A stretch of 61,559 nt of DNA, counting the filler. It is 9 parts of 9 records of this genome, joined end to end, with 100 filler letters (N's around TTAATTAATTAA, not from the genome) between each part and the next. Parts side by side here need not be neighbours in the genome. Positions count along the whole stretch, not along the records: positions 15,218 to 23,471 come from SRR31156797_85845; positions 23,572 to 29,315 come from SRR31156797_85847; 7 more parts are not named here. One strand, 5' to 3'. The notes beneath the pieces were generated by a model. The model was not told the origin of the DNA, made no database searches, and saw only the letters and a program-made list of their open reading frames with translations. A program made the position numbers and the translations under genes. Numbering within the stretch: position 1 is the first letter of the stretch; every line of letters begins with the position of its first letter. Positions 18,359 to 27,878 of the stretch are shown here, piece by piece.

Positions 18359-20842
18359 ATGAAGAAAATTATATGTTTGCTACTATTAGTATTTAGTTTA
18401 AGTAGTTTTGCAGAAAATGGAGCTTATGCAGATAAGATTTATTTTGGTGTTAAAATGTCAAATGATGTAGCAGTAAAAGATGTGGTTGAAGGGATTTCTG
18501 ATTTTTATATGGATGAAGTTCCGGGAAGTCTTTTCCAGGGCTTAGATCAGGCAACAAAGGATAAACTAGATGTTTATACTGTTCCATCTTTATCTTGGGA
18601 TTTTATATTAAATCCTATTCCAAATAAAGCGCCTTATCAGGTAATGAAAGATGATAAAACAATGTTTAATCCATTTGCTATTAGAGAAGTCAGATTTGCA
18701 TTAAATGATTTGATTAATAGAAAATATGTAGTTGATGAGATATTAAGCGGAGCAGGAGCACCGGCGCTTACTCATGCTACACCTGGTCAGCCAAATGCTT
18801 GGAAGATCAATCTGATTGCCCAGAAAATGGGAATAACAACTGAGGGGAATAAAAGTAAAGCTATTCAAGTAATAGATCAGGCGATGAAAAAAGCAGCAAA
18901 ACATTCAAAAAATAGTGGAAGATTAGTTAAAAAAGATAAATTATGGTATTTTGATGACGAACCAATTGTAGTTAAGTTTATTATCAGAGTAGATGACCCA
19001 GAAGGTAGATTGAAATTAGGTGCCTATTTTGCTGATTTAGTTGAAGAGGCAGGATTCAAAGTAGAAAAGCTGTTATGGGATAGAGTAAAAAGTATAAAAT
19101 CTGTCTATATGAAAGATCCGGGAAATTATGAATGGAATCTATATACAGAAGGTTGGGGAGCGGGCTCAACATATACTTACTGGAGAGTTCCAACTGTGCA
19201 ATATACAAGTTCGAAATTTGGTTATTTACCTGGTTGGGGAGAACCAAGTTGGTGGAATTTCAAAAATGAAGAGATAGATAAATTAGCAGATGATGTATTA
19301 AACGGAAATATGCTGACAGTTGATGAGTATTGGGATAAAATCAAAACAATGACTGAGTTAGGTCTAAATGATTCAATAAGAATATTCGTATCAATTTCCA
19401 ACTCATATTATATTGCGAATAAGGATAAATTTAAAGAAAAAATGTATTACGGATTAGGAACTGGAATAGATGACTGGGGATTAGTAAATGCAAAAACAGA
19501 AACTAATGAGCTGAAAATAGTTCAATATTCAGCAGCAGGCGGTTTATTTATGAGTGCATGGGACCCTATTGGAGCGAGAGGTTTCTCTGATGTGTATTCT
19601 AGAAATATTGTCCAAAATTTATTTCAGGGCCATATCAAGCCAACACCTATAGGTACTCTGGCAGAAGTATTAACTAAATTGGAATATTCAAAATCAGCAC
19701 CATATAGAGATGCTGAAGGAAACGTAAAGGGAAAACTACCTGTACCTGAAGATGCGGAATTTTATAATCACAAAACTAAAAAGAATGAAAAAGTAGCTCC
19801 GGGAACAAAAGCAGTAGGAGAAGCAAAGTTTAAAATAATAATGGGAACTTGGCATCATGGTAGAAAAATCGATATGAATGATTATACCTATACAGATGCA
19901 TTTGTTGTAGACTGGTCATATAAAGACGGTGAAGATGACAAAGAGTATAATGAGCAATATTCAGCTTATTTCAAAGATGGTATAGAGAATGTAAGTGTTG
20001 GAAGTAGAATAGATAGTGAAAATGAAGTAACAGTTTGGTATAATTATAACTATCCTGTTTCTAAACTTCATAACATAGGTGGTTCACCGGGACTGAAAGT
20101 ACAGGCAAGCTCTGGAGATAATATGTCCGTTCCGTGGGAAGTTCTAGAACCAATAGCAAAATTAGTTACAGAAGGTTCTGCGTCAGGAACAGTTTACGGT
20201 TTATCAGAAAAAGAGGGAGTAAACTCTATTGATGTAAAATCACCATCTTTTCTAGAGGACTTAAAAGCTAAATTACAGGAATTAATAGAGAGACAACATG
20301 TGCCGCATATTTTAGTTGGAAAAGTGTCACCTGAGACAGCAGTTTCTAACTATAAAACTGTGCTTAAATGGATAGAGGAGAAAAATCATGCTCTAATAGG
20401 AAACGGACCATTTATGCTGACTAAAATTGATGCAAAAACAGGTTTTGTAGAGTTAACAGCAGTTAGAGGAGATGCTTATCCATTTAAACAGGGAGAATTC
20501 GAAAATACTCTTAAATTTAACAGATTAAGAGTAGATGATGTAGAAACACCTGATTTCGCGATGGCAGGAGATGAACTTGAATTTAATATTAATATTACTG
20601 AGCTGAGTTATCCAACAGATAAAGTTAAATTAGCAAATAAAGGTGATGTAAAATTAATTATTATAGATAAAGATACGGAAAGAGAAATTGAGGCAAAATA
20701 TGTATCAAAAGGAAAATTCAGAGTAGTAGTGCCTGAGGATGTTAGTATGGAGCTAGAAGCCGGAACTTATACTTTTGTAATTACAGCTACTTTAGATGGT
20801 ACATTTGTAGATACAAAAACAGGAAATTTTGAAGTATATTAA
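18359..20842 (+). CDS. Family 5 (Opp/Dpp-type) ABC substrate-binding protein, unusually long
   Basis: Signal peptide, FNPFAIREVRFALN.LINR, IGNGPFML motifs; upstream of two permeases. Confidence 0.88.
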   Translation: MKKIICLLLLVFSLSSFAENGAYADKIYFGVKMSNDVAVKDVVEGISDFYMDEVPGSLFQGLDQATKDKLDVYTVPSLSWDFILNPIPNKAPYQVMKDDKTMFNPFAIREVRFALNDLINRKYVVDEILSGAGAPALTHATPGQPNAWKINLIAQKMGITTEGNKSKAIQVIDQAMKKAAKHSKNSGRLVKKDKLWYFDDEPIVVKFIIRVDDPEGRLKLGAYFADLVEEAGFKVEKLLWDRVKSIKSVYMKDPGNYEWNLYTEGWGAGSTYTYWRVPTVQYTSSKFGYLPGWGEPSWWNFKNEEIDKLADDVLNGNMLTVDEYWDKIKTMTELGLNDSIRIFVSISNSYYIANKDKFKEKMYYGLGTGIDDWGLVNAKTETNELKIVQYSAAGGLFMSAWDPIGARGFSDVYSRNIVQNLFQGHIKPTPIGTLAEVLTKLEYSKSAPYRDAEGNVKGKLPVPEDAEFYNHKTKKNEKVAPGTKAVGEAKFKIIMGTWHHGRKIDMNDYTYTDAFVVDWSYKDGEDDKEYNEQYSAYFKDGIENVSVGSRIDSENEVTVWYNYNYPVSKLHNIGGSPGLKVQASSGDNMSVPWEVLEPIAKLVTEGSASGTVYGLSEKEGVNSIDVKSPSFLEDLKAKLQELIERQHVPHILVGKVSPETAVSNYKTVLKWIEEKNHALIGNGPFMLTKIDAKTGFVELTAVRGDAYPFKQGEFENTLKFNRLRVDDVETPDFAMAGDELEFNINITELSYPTDKVKLANKGDVKLIIIDKDTEREIEAKYVSKGKFRVVVPEDVSMELEAGTYTFVITATLDGTFVDTKTGNFEVY

Positions 20843-20851
20843 ATAGCATAT

Positions 20852-20887
20852 AAAAATAAGGGTTAAAATCATTAACCCTTATTTTTT
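20852..20887 (+). terminator. Intra-operon stem-loop/terminator after the SBP gene
   Basis: AAAAATAAGGGTTAA-aatca-TTAACCCTTATTTTTT. Confidence 0.75.
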
Positions 20888-20905
20888 GGAATTGGAGTGA
20901 GAGTT

Positions 20906-21946
20906 ATGTACTATAAATATGTACTCAAACGAATATTAGCAGGTATCATAATGTATGCAGTGCTCATGTTTACTTATGCAGCTATATTCAACACTGTGAT
21001 GGATAAGACATTGAAAGCGCAGATAGATGAAGTGATCAGAGCTGAAAAATTACAAGTTTTAGAATCAAAGCCTCATCTTGATCCAAAGCAGTTTTCAGAT
21101 GAGAGACGAGAGTATTATTATGAGATCAATCATCTAAATGAACCCTATCTTAGCAGAGTATTCTGGAAAGGGTTTAATACTTTGACTTTTAATTTCGGTA
21201 GGTCAACGGTTATGACATCCAAAAAAGGTGAAAGAGAAGTAATAAAAATAGTTGGAGAAGCGATACCTCAAACTGTTATTCTGTTTACTACCTCTACATT
21301 GATTACTCTGGTAATTGCCCTATTGATAGGGATAAAAAAGGCACAAAATCCCGGCAAAAGATTTGATAGGACTACATCAATATTCACAATGGTACTTTTC
21401 GGGATGCCTACATGGTGGATAGCGATGATGTTTATAATGTTCTTTGGTTATAAGTTAAAGATATTTCCAACAGGAGGAGTGAGTTCTATACCGCCACCTG
21501 ACGGGGCTTTAAATAGTTTTTTAGACTTTCTTCATCATTTAGCTTTACCTGTGTTTACATTAGTAATAATGGGATTTTGGGGAATGGCATTTATCATTAG
21601 AAATATTGTATTGGGAACTTTGCAGGAGGATTTCATAACTGCAGCCAGAGCCAGAGGTATAAATGAAAATAAAGTCTTATATACGCATACTCTTCGAACA
21701 GCTGCTCCGCCGATTATGACAATGGTACTTTTATCAATATTAGGATCTTTTGGAGGTTCATTGATATTTGAGAGTGTTTTTAGCTGGCCGGGGATGGGTA
21801 ATCTGTATTTGATAGCTAATCAGCAAAATGATATTCCTGTATTGATGGGAAATCTGGCATTTACGACAGGTCTGTATATTAGCGGAATTGTTATTTTAGA
21901 TTTAATATACGGATTCTTAGATCCTAGAATAAAAGTAGGTGCATAA
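20906..21946 (+). CDS. ABC transporter permease (OppB/DppB-like)
   Basis: HLALP, AARARG EAA loop, ESVFSWPGMG, DLIYGFLDPRI. Confidence 0.92.
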   Translation: MYYKYVLKRILAGIIMYAVLMFTYAAIFNTVMDKTLKAQIDEVIRAEKLQVLESKPHLDPKQFSDERREYYYEINHLNEPYLSRVFWKGFNTLTFNFGRSTVMTSKKGEREVIKIVGEAIPQTVILFTTSTLITLVIALLIGIKKAQNPGKRFDRTTSIFTMVLFGMPTWWIAMMFIMFFGYKLKIFPTGGVSSIPPPDGALNSFLDFLHHLALPVFTLVIMGFWGMAFIIRNIVLGTLQEDFITAARARGINENKVLYTHTLRTAAPPIMTMVLLSILGSFGGSLIFESVFSWPGMGNLYLIANQQNDIPVLMGNLAFTTGLYISGIVILDLIYGFLDPRIKVGA

Positions 21947-23351
21947 TATGAATTTTATTAATGATTTGAAATATGAACTGAGAGAGTTTTGGAGAGAGTT
22001 TCGAAAGGTTAAATCAGGTCTTATAGGTCTTGCTTTAATAATTATATTTATTTTGGTTATTATTTTCGAGACACGATTAACTCCTCATAAAGAAGCAAAT
22101 ACTAAATGGAGAGATATAAAATATTGGGAAGACAATGCCAAAGCTGCAGCACCTATTTGGGTTAATCTCTTTAGAAAAGATAAACTGCCTAAATCAATAG
22201 AATATAGTGAATTTGAATCAAAGGAAACTAAAAGGAAAAAGATAAGAATAGTAGAGAGTAGTTTAGATTTTGATTATAACTATTTATCAGCTCCAAGTGA
22301 CTTTGTTATTCACTCTGATATTAGTGGAAAGGTAATTTTTAGTGCTGAGCTATTTAGGCCAGACGGCGAAAAAGTAAAGTTATATAAAAACTCTTTTAAC
22401 TATGAAAATGAAACTCATGTAAGACTATCTATTAAAAATGATTCAATTGACGGAGCTTACCGACTTGCAGCGGATTTAGACTATGAGCATACAGCTTTGC
22501 TGGATAAATCAACCATAGATGCTGTAGATACAGTATTTGCAAAAGCAAAAGAGAAGATGATAAATGAGAATGAAACTTTGCAAGGTAAATATCAATTGAA
22601 ACTAAAATATATTTTGCCAAATGAAAAATCAAAATTAAGCAATTTAAAAGTAATATCAATAGGAAAAGTTTCTGGCTTGATGGGAACGGATAATTTCAAA
22701 AGGGATATTTTCTCAGGATTAATTGGCGGAATGAAGTGGGCTATTTTAATAGGACTTCTTACTTCTACAATATCTGTTTCTATTGGAGTTATTTATGGAA
22801 TCATAAGCGCGTATTTTGGAGGAATAGTTGACAGGGTAATGCAAAGAATATTAGAGTTTTTTATTAATATTCCGTTTCTTCCTCTTTTAATAGTAATGGG
22901 AGCTGTCTTTAAGCCAAGTATTTGGACTCTTATTTTTATGATGTGTGCACTTAACTGGACAGGTTCAGTTAGAACTGTCAGAAGTATTGGTATGCAGATA
23001 AAAGAGGAAACCTACATAGAGGCAACAAGGGCACTCGGTGCAAGTCACATGCGAATAATATTTACACACATGTTACCTCTGCTTATCCCATACTCGTTCG
23101 CAAGTATGGCATTATCAGTACCTGCTGCTATTTTAACAGAAGCGGGAATGAGTATATTAGGCTTAGGAGATGCTACAATTATTACATGGGGGCAGATGCT
23201 ACAGGATGCCAGTAGATCAGGAGCTGTTATTCAAGGTTTATGGTGGTGGATAGCACCGCCTGGTTTTATGATCTCACTTGTTGGAATGAGTTTTGCATTT
23301 TTAGGATTTTCTCTTGATAAGATATTAATGCCGAAACTGAAAACTAGATAG
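21939..23351 (+). CDS. ABC transporter permease (OppC/DppC-like) with large extracytoplasmic insertion
   Basis: MGTDNFKRDIFS, YIEATRALGAS, WWWIAPPG. Confidence 0.9.
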   Translation: MHNMNFINDLKYELREFWREFRKVKSGLIGLALIIIFILVIIFETRLTPHKEANTKWRDIKYWEDNAKAAAPIWVNLFRKDKLPKSIEYSEFESKETKRKKIRIVESSLDFDYNYLSAPSDFVIHSDISGKVIFSAELFRPDGEKVKLYKNSFNYENETHVRLSIKNDSIDGAYRLAADLDYEHTALLDKSTIDAVDTVFAKAKEKMINENETLQGKYQLKLKYILPNEKSKLSNLKVISIGKVSGLMGTDNFKRDIFSGLIGGMKWAILIGLLTSTISVSIGVIYGIISAYFGGIVDRVMQRILEFFINIPFLPLLIVMGAVFKPSIWTLIFMMCALNWTGSVRTVRSIGMQIKEETYIEATRALGASHMRIIFTHMLPLLIPYSFASMALSVPAAILTEAGMSILGLGDATIITWGQMLQDASRSGAVIQGLWWWIAPPGFMISLVGMSFAFLGFSLDKILMPKLKTR

Positions 23352-23442
23352 AGAAGCAGGTAGTAAATAGTAAGTAGTAGGTAGTAAAGGGCGGAAAGAT
23401 TGAAGATGTTTATAGTTTTTTTGTAGGGGCAATGCCTCGTGC

Positions 23443-23471
23443 CATACTTGTAAACTTAAGGTTTCAGAAAG
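23443..23471 (+). mobile_element. Terminal inverted repeat of an IS231-like element or MITE at the contig end
   Basis: CATACTTGTAAACTTAAGGTTTCAGAAAG, preceded by the REP-like GTAGGGGCAATGCCTCGTGC. Confidence 0.7.
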
Positions 23472-23629
23472 NNNNNNNNNNNNNNNNNNNNNNNNNNNNN
23501 NNNNNNNNNNNNNNNTTAATTAATTAANNNNNNNNNNNNNNNNNNNNNNNNNNNNNNNNNNNNNNNNNNNNAAGAAACTAATTAAAATTTATATAATTAT
23601 GCAATAAATACAGTAAAAGATTCTAGTGA

Positions 23630-26600
23630 TTAATTTAATGTAAATTTGACTTCGATTGATTTAATTGTGTTGTTTCTAGAGAATATTTTTTTACTTGATT
23701 CTTTATCAAGTATCGTCTCTTTAATTTCTGTTGTTTTCTCTCCGCTATCTGTATCTTCAATAATAGTTATCATATTTTCATCAGCTAACTGATATTTTAC
23801 AGGTACTGTACAATAAGTGAAGTCTATACTCTTATCTTCAGATTTGAACATCTCTTTTTTCAGGAATAATGGTTTGAAGCTAAGTTGTCCATCTATTACA
23901 TCAATTCCAAGTTCCATTAATCTGCTAAGTATATCTTCTTTTACCTGTCCGGTCATTCCCGGTTGTTGTACTCCTGCCATTGATGGAGTATGTGAATATG
24001 GATCTGTTGGGAATGCTCCGTAATTTTTAGGGTTTTTATGAGCTCCTATTCCTGCTTTTATTTCATAGAAATAATCAGTAAGTTTAGCTATTTTCTCTTC
24101 TGATTCACCATTAGCTTTTGCAGCCAGGATATTTTCTCCTACAGCTAATAACAGCTTCGATACCATGTGCCAGTAGATACATCCAAGCCCTTCATATTTG
24201 TAGAATGTTCCCGATCTACCTGTAAATGACTTATGATTAAATATATCTTCATAGATATCCATGATTTTTTGTTTTTCAGCTTTTACTAATTCATCATATG
24301 AATTTAATTTATCAAGTGCTTCACCTAAGAAACCTTTATTATTGAAACTTCCATTAAAGTGATAAGTTCCTGAAAGATCAACTGATACTATTTCAGTATT
24401 TTTATCCTCTACTAATTTCTTAAGAAGTTCACATGATTCAAAACTTTCTTTTGGAATAATATTCTTCTCTAGGAAATCTGGAAGTCTTTTGTCCGGATAT
24501 AATATGAAACTATTTTGATCTTTTCTATATAGTTCACTTTTGTATAATGAATCTAATAAATCAAGTACTTCATCAGTATCTAAAACTCCTGCACTTAATA
24601 CAGCTGTTTGTCCTTCAAGCATGTCATACAGGTATTGGATTCCATACCCTTCTTCATCAAGAGAGATGATATTATAAGCATGATAAAGTCCGTTATCGCA
24701 TCTATTAGCTTTGATACTATGATCAGTGAAATCTAATATTAATTCAAATAACTCTTTTATTTCTGCATATTCTAAATTTTCTTTTGTATTTGAGAATTCG
24801 TTATATACTTTTTCTCTAAAGTCAGAACCAGCTGTTCCAAGCTTATCAGTTACTTTCTTTCTATCTGCATCAGATATATTTCCTGCCAGTAGTTCTTTGT
24901 TAGATTTTAATATCTCAAGAATTTCCAGAGTTAAAGCTCTTACCTCTTCAGAAACTGCTACTTCTTTTGCATCCATAGTTTCTAAGAAATCGATAAAGAA
25001 TTTAGCAAATCTTCTAATATAATAAAGAGTTACCATCGATACTCCGTAACCAACCAGAGCGTTATTTGCATCATTCCACTCAGGTCTCTGAGTATTCATC
25101 CAAATCCCAACTTCAGGGATAAAATTAGTGATTTTAGATAATAGAGTTGCTAATATTTTTTCTGTAAAACTTACTAAAATAACTTCATGTGAGTTTTCAT
25201 CTAATACAAGTTTTGCATCACTTCCGATTTTAGCTAAATCAGCTTGGATTCTATCTTCCAGATCATCATCAAATAAGATAGTGTCTTGAGGATCTTTTAA
25301 TAAGTCATCATATTTCTTAATTCTATAAGGTACGTTAGCATAAGCAAATATTGATTTACTCATCCATTCCTTTAAATTCTCAGGATAGAATTTTTCTGAT
25401 AACTCTAAGAATTTTAATAGATAAATTATTTGATGATCTCCCCAGTATCCGATATTTGACCATGGATCACTTGGATCGTGTACTTCCCAGTCAATTCCGT
25501 CTCTTGTTATTCTATAAGGATTATATCCGTCAAGTGTACTTGCATTTAGGAATTTAGCGATCATTCCAGGTATAAACTCAGGATATGACATTGCTAAAGC
25601 TTCCCAGTTTTGGAATATATCTCTCCAGTTTCCTTGATAGAATAGAGAAGGATTACCCTCTTCATCCTTGATTTTGATATCAAACATGTTCCAAGGTCTG
25701 CTTGGATCTCCATGTCTTCTACTGAAAGTCAATGGAAGATACTCTAAAGTTAATCTAAGAAGTTGTGGTGCTTCAAAACTCTCTATTAATTTGATTAAAT
25801 CTGTATAGTTAACACTCTCTTCTAATTCATTTAATTTTGCTTCATATTTAGCATAAACAACAGCATTTGCTTCTTTGATATGTTTTGTGAAATCAGCTTT
25901 GTCGATCATATATCCTTGGTTAAAGATTCCACCTCTCATGATATTAAACATTACATTTGCATAGTGTCTGTTATCATTTAATTTATCTCCGGAATCTTGT
26001 AAACCATCAGCTTGATTGATATATTCGTTTAACTGCTCTGTTCCTGCTTCAACATCTTTTTCTATTTCATCTAAAATATTAGTAGTTGATTTTAAGTATT
26101 CGATCATTTCAGCAATTTTATTGTAATCTTTTTCTACATCTGCTGAAAAATACCATTCTTCAGCTTTATCAGTTTCAAGACTTAGATCAAAATTCAAGAA
26201 GTAAGCTCCCTTAATTCCTCTAGTCTCCATCTCTTCTGTAACTTCAAGTCCTTTTCTAAAGTTATCTAACTGATTACTGCTAAGTAATACTTTTACATCT
26301 TGAATCGTATCAGCTGTAGTCGCCCATACAGTATTAATTTTTAATGCTTCACTTGGTTCAGCTCTATCTACCGGAATTGAACTTAATCTAAATAATCCTA
26401 ATTTTGCTTCTTTTATTAGTTCACATTTTTTATATCCATCTAAAAGAGTACTTTTAATCTCTTGTATTTTTTTCTCTACTCCATATGGTAATAAATTTTG
26501 TAATCCATCTATAACTTTTATATCTAATGTTTCTGATGAATTATTAATAATTTTACTCTTCTTAACCCATCCGTATTTCTCACTGTTTTGCCATGAGTAT

Positions 26601-27034
26601 TTAAAAGTTATATCTAAATCATTATTCTTCTCTTCAAAGATAATTTTATTTCCAAATTTATTTTTATATATATTTCTCTCTAATTTATATATTCCGTTAT
26701 ATTTAGTTGAGAACGGCTCCCAAAGATAAGTTTTCTCTGATTTAGTTACTAATAATGCTGTTTTACTTCCTGTGATTTCAGATGATTCATGAATCTTGTC
26801 ATCTGTATAGTATGGAAATAATGCCTTGTCAGGATTAGCTCTTCCTGCAGTCAGTCCTCCGGTACTTGAAATAAACATCCAATGGTCACCTGAACTTACA
26901 ATACTCATAAAAAATGGTGCCATTTCATCATAATTAGAAATTTTATAATAGCTTTCTCCCTCAATTGTTACTATTTTACCTGTAACATCATTTGAAGAAT
27001 TTAATAATTCTTGTGTTCCCATAAAAATACTCAT
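23630..27034 (-). CDS. Probable glycoside phosphorylase, GH149-like (beta-1,3-glucan phosphorylase)
   Basis: 1134 aa, no signal peptide, LPLTFSRRHGDPSRPWN, YQGNWRDIFQNWE, YEGLGCIYWHMVSKL, DPYSHTP...QPGMTGQVKE; adjacent to GH30. Confidence 0.72.
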   Translation of the reverse strand: MSIFMGTQELLNSSNDVTGKIVTIEGESYYKISNYDEMAPFFMSIVSSGDHWMFISSTGGLTAGRANPDKALFPYYTDDKIHESSEITGSKTALLVTKSEKTYLWEPFSTKYNGIYKLERNIYKNKFGNKIIFEEKNNDLDITFKYSWQNSEKYGWVKKSKIINNSSETLDIKVIDGLQNLLPYGVEKKIQEIKSTLLDGYKKCELIKEAKLGLFRLSSIPVDRAEPSEALKINTVWATTADTIQDVKVLLSSNQLDNFRKGLEVTEEMETRGIKGAYFLNFDLSLETDKAEEWYFSADVEKDYNKIAEMIEYLKSTTNILDEIEKDVEAGTEQLNEYINQADGLQDSGDKLNDNRHYANVMFNIMRGGIFNQGYMIDKADFTKHIKEANAVVYAKYEAKLNELEESVNYTDLIKLIESFEAPQLLRLTLEYLPLTFSRRHGDPSRPWNMFDIKIKDEEGNPSLFYQGNWRDIFQNWEALAMSYPEFIPGMIAKFLNASTLDGYNPYRITRDGIDWEVHDPSDPWSNIGYWGDHQIIYLLKFLELSEKFYPENLKEWMSKSIFAYANVPYRIKKYDDLLKDPQDTILFDDDLEDRIQADLAKIGSDAKLVLDENSHEVILVSFTEKILATLLSKITNFIPEVGIWMNTQRPEWNDANNALVGYGVSMVTLYYIRRFAKFFIDFLETMDAKEVAVSEEVRALTLEILEILKSNKELLAGNISDADRKKVTDKLGTAGSDFREKVYNEFSNTKENLEYAEIKELFELILDFTDHSIKANRCDNGLYHAYNIISLDEEGYGIQYLYDMLEGQTAVLSAGVLDTDEVLDLLDSLYKSELYRKDQNSFILYPDKRLPDFLEKNIIPKESFESCELLKKLVEDKNTEIVSVDLSGTYHFNGSFNNKGFLGEALDKLNSYDELVKAEKQKIMDIYEDIFNHKSFTGRSGTFYKYEGLGCIYWHMVSKLLLAVGENILAAKANGESEEKIAKLTDYFYEIKAGIGAHKNPKNYGAFPTDPYSHTPSMAGVQQPGMTGQVKEDILSRLMELGIDVIDGQLSFKPLFLKKEMFKSEDKSIDFTYCTVPVKYQLADENMITIIEDTDSGEKTTEIKETILDKESSKKIFSRNNTIKSIEVKFTLN

Positions 27035-27129
27035 TTATAATTTTCCTCCTCTAACGTAAATTGTTCAGGAAAACAGATTTTTACTATTTCCCGTAGTTTT
27101 CAATTTACTTAATATTCTTAATTAATAAT

Positions 27130-27708
27130 TTAAACTTCATCTGTCTTGTATTTTTTCAAAATAACATAAATCAATATATTAGTTAAAATAATCATTCCCC
27201 CGAAACCAAACATAATAAAAATAATTGGCTGTTTCAGGATTAAAAATTTAGTAATAATGCCCACTCCGTAAAAAGGTATAAGTACCCAAATGTTAAAATT
27301 TAATGCTTTGAAAGAAAAGAGTATATTTTCTTTTAGAGGTATGTGGTAATTAGATCTTATATAAAAAAACATAGAAAATAGCATATTCGTATAAAGCTGA
27401 ATAACAAAATAAAACTTAGTCATTTGAGTTATGTGCTGGCCTTGTATAATAAAAAAACTAACTAAAATCCAAACAAAGGATGGAGTTACTGTGAATTTTA
27501 AGTTTTCTACATAGCTTTTTTTGAATTCAGAAAATATATTTACCTCTTTTCCTTCAAACCACTTTCTACATACATAAGCGGCTGCGGTTATAGAAGCTCC
27601 AATGGTAACAATACCTAATGATCCTAATATAATTAAAATATTTAACTTTACTATTTTATAAACCCATTCTGCGAGCTTATATATTTTACTGTCCATTGAT
27701 ATATTCAT
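27130..27708 (-). CDS. YesL/DUF624-family membrane protein
   Basis: LNIL...GIVTIGASITAA...F..F.K.Y.ENLK pattern, multi-TM; typical of sugar-utilisation loci. Confidence 0.75.
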   Translation of the reverse strand: MNISMDSKIYKLAEWVYKIVKLNILIILGSLGIVTIGASITAAAYVCRKWFEGKEVNIFSEFKKSYVENLKFTVTPSFVWILVSFFIIQGQHITQMTKFYFVIQLYTNMLFSMFFYIRSNYHIPLKENILFSFKALNFNIWVLIPFYGVGIITKFLILKQPIIFIMFGFGGMIILTNILIYVILKKYKTDEV

Positions 27709-27730
27709 TGGAAGCCTCTCCTTCTTAATT

Positions 27731-27858
27731 AAATCCCCTATATCCCTAATTAATATTTTAGAAAAACACCAAAATATTTTGCGGGTGCCACCCCCTTTAT
27801 TAAAGGGGGACTTTTATGTTCCCCTTCTTTAATCAAAGAGGGGGTTAGGGGGTGATTT
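27731..27858. repeat. Composite palindromic intergenic element
   Basis: AATCCCCTA...CCCCCTTTATTAAAGGGGG...CCCCTTCTTTAATCAAAGAGGGGG-TTAGGGGGTGATT: nested G/C-rich hairpins in AT-rich DNA. Confidence 0.55.
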
Positions 27859-27878
27859 AGTTCTTCGTAAAACCGTGT

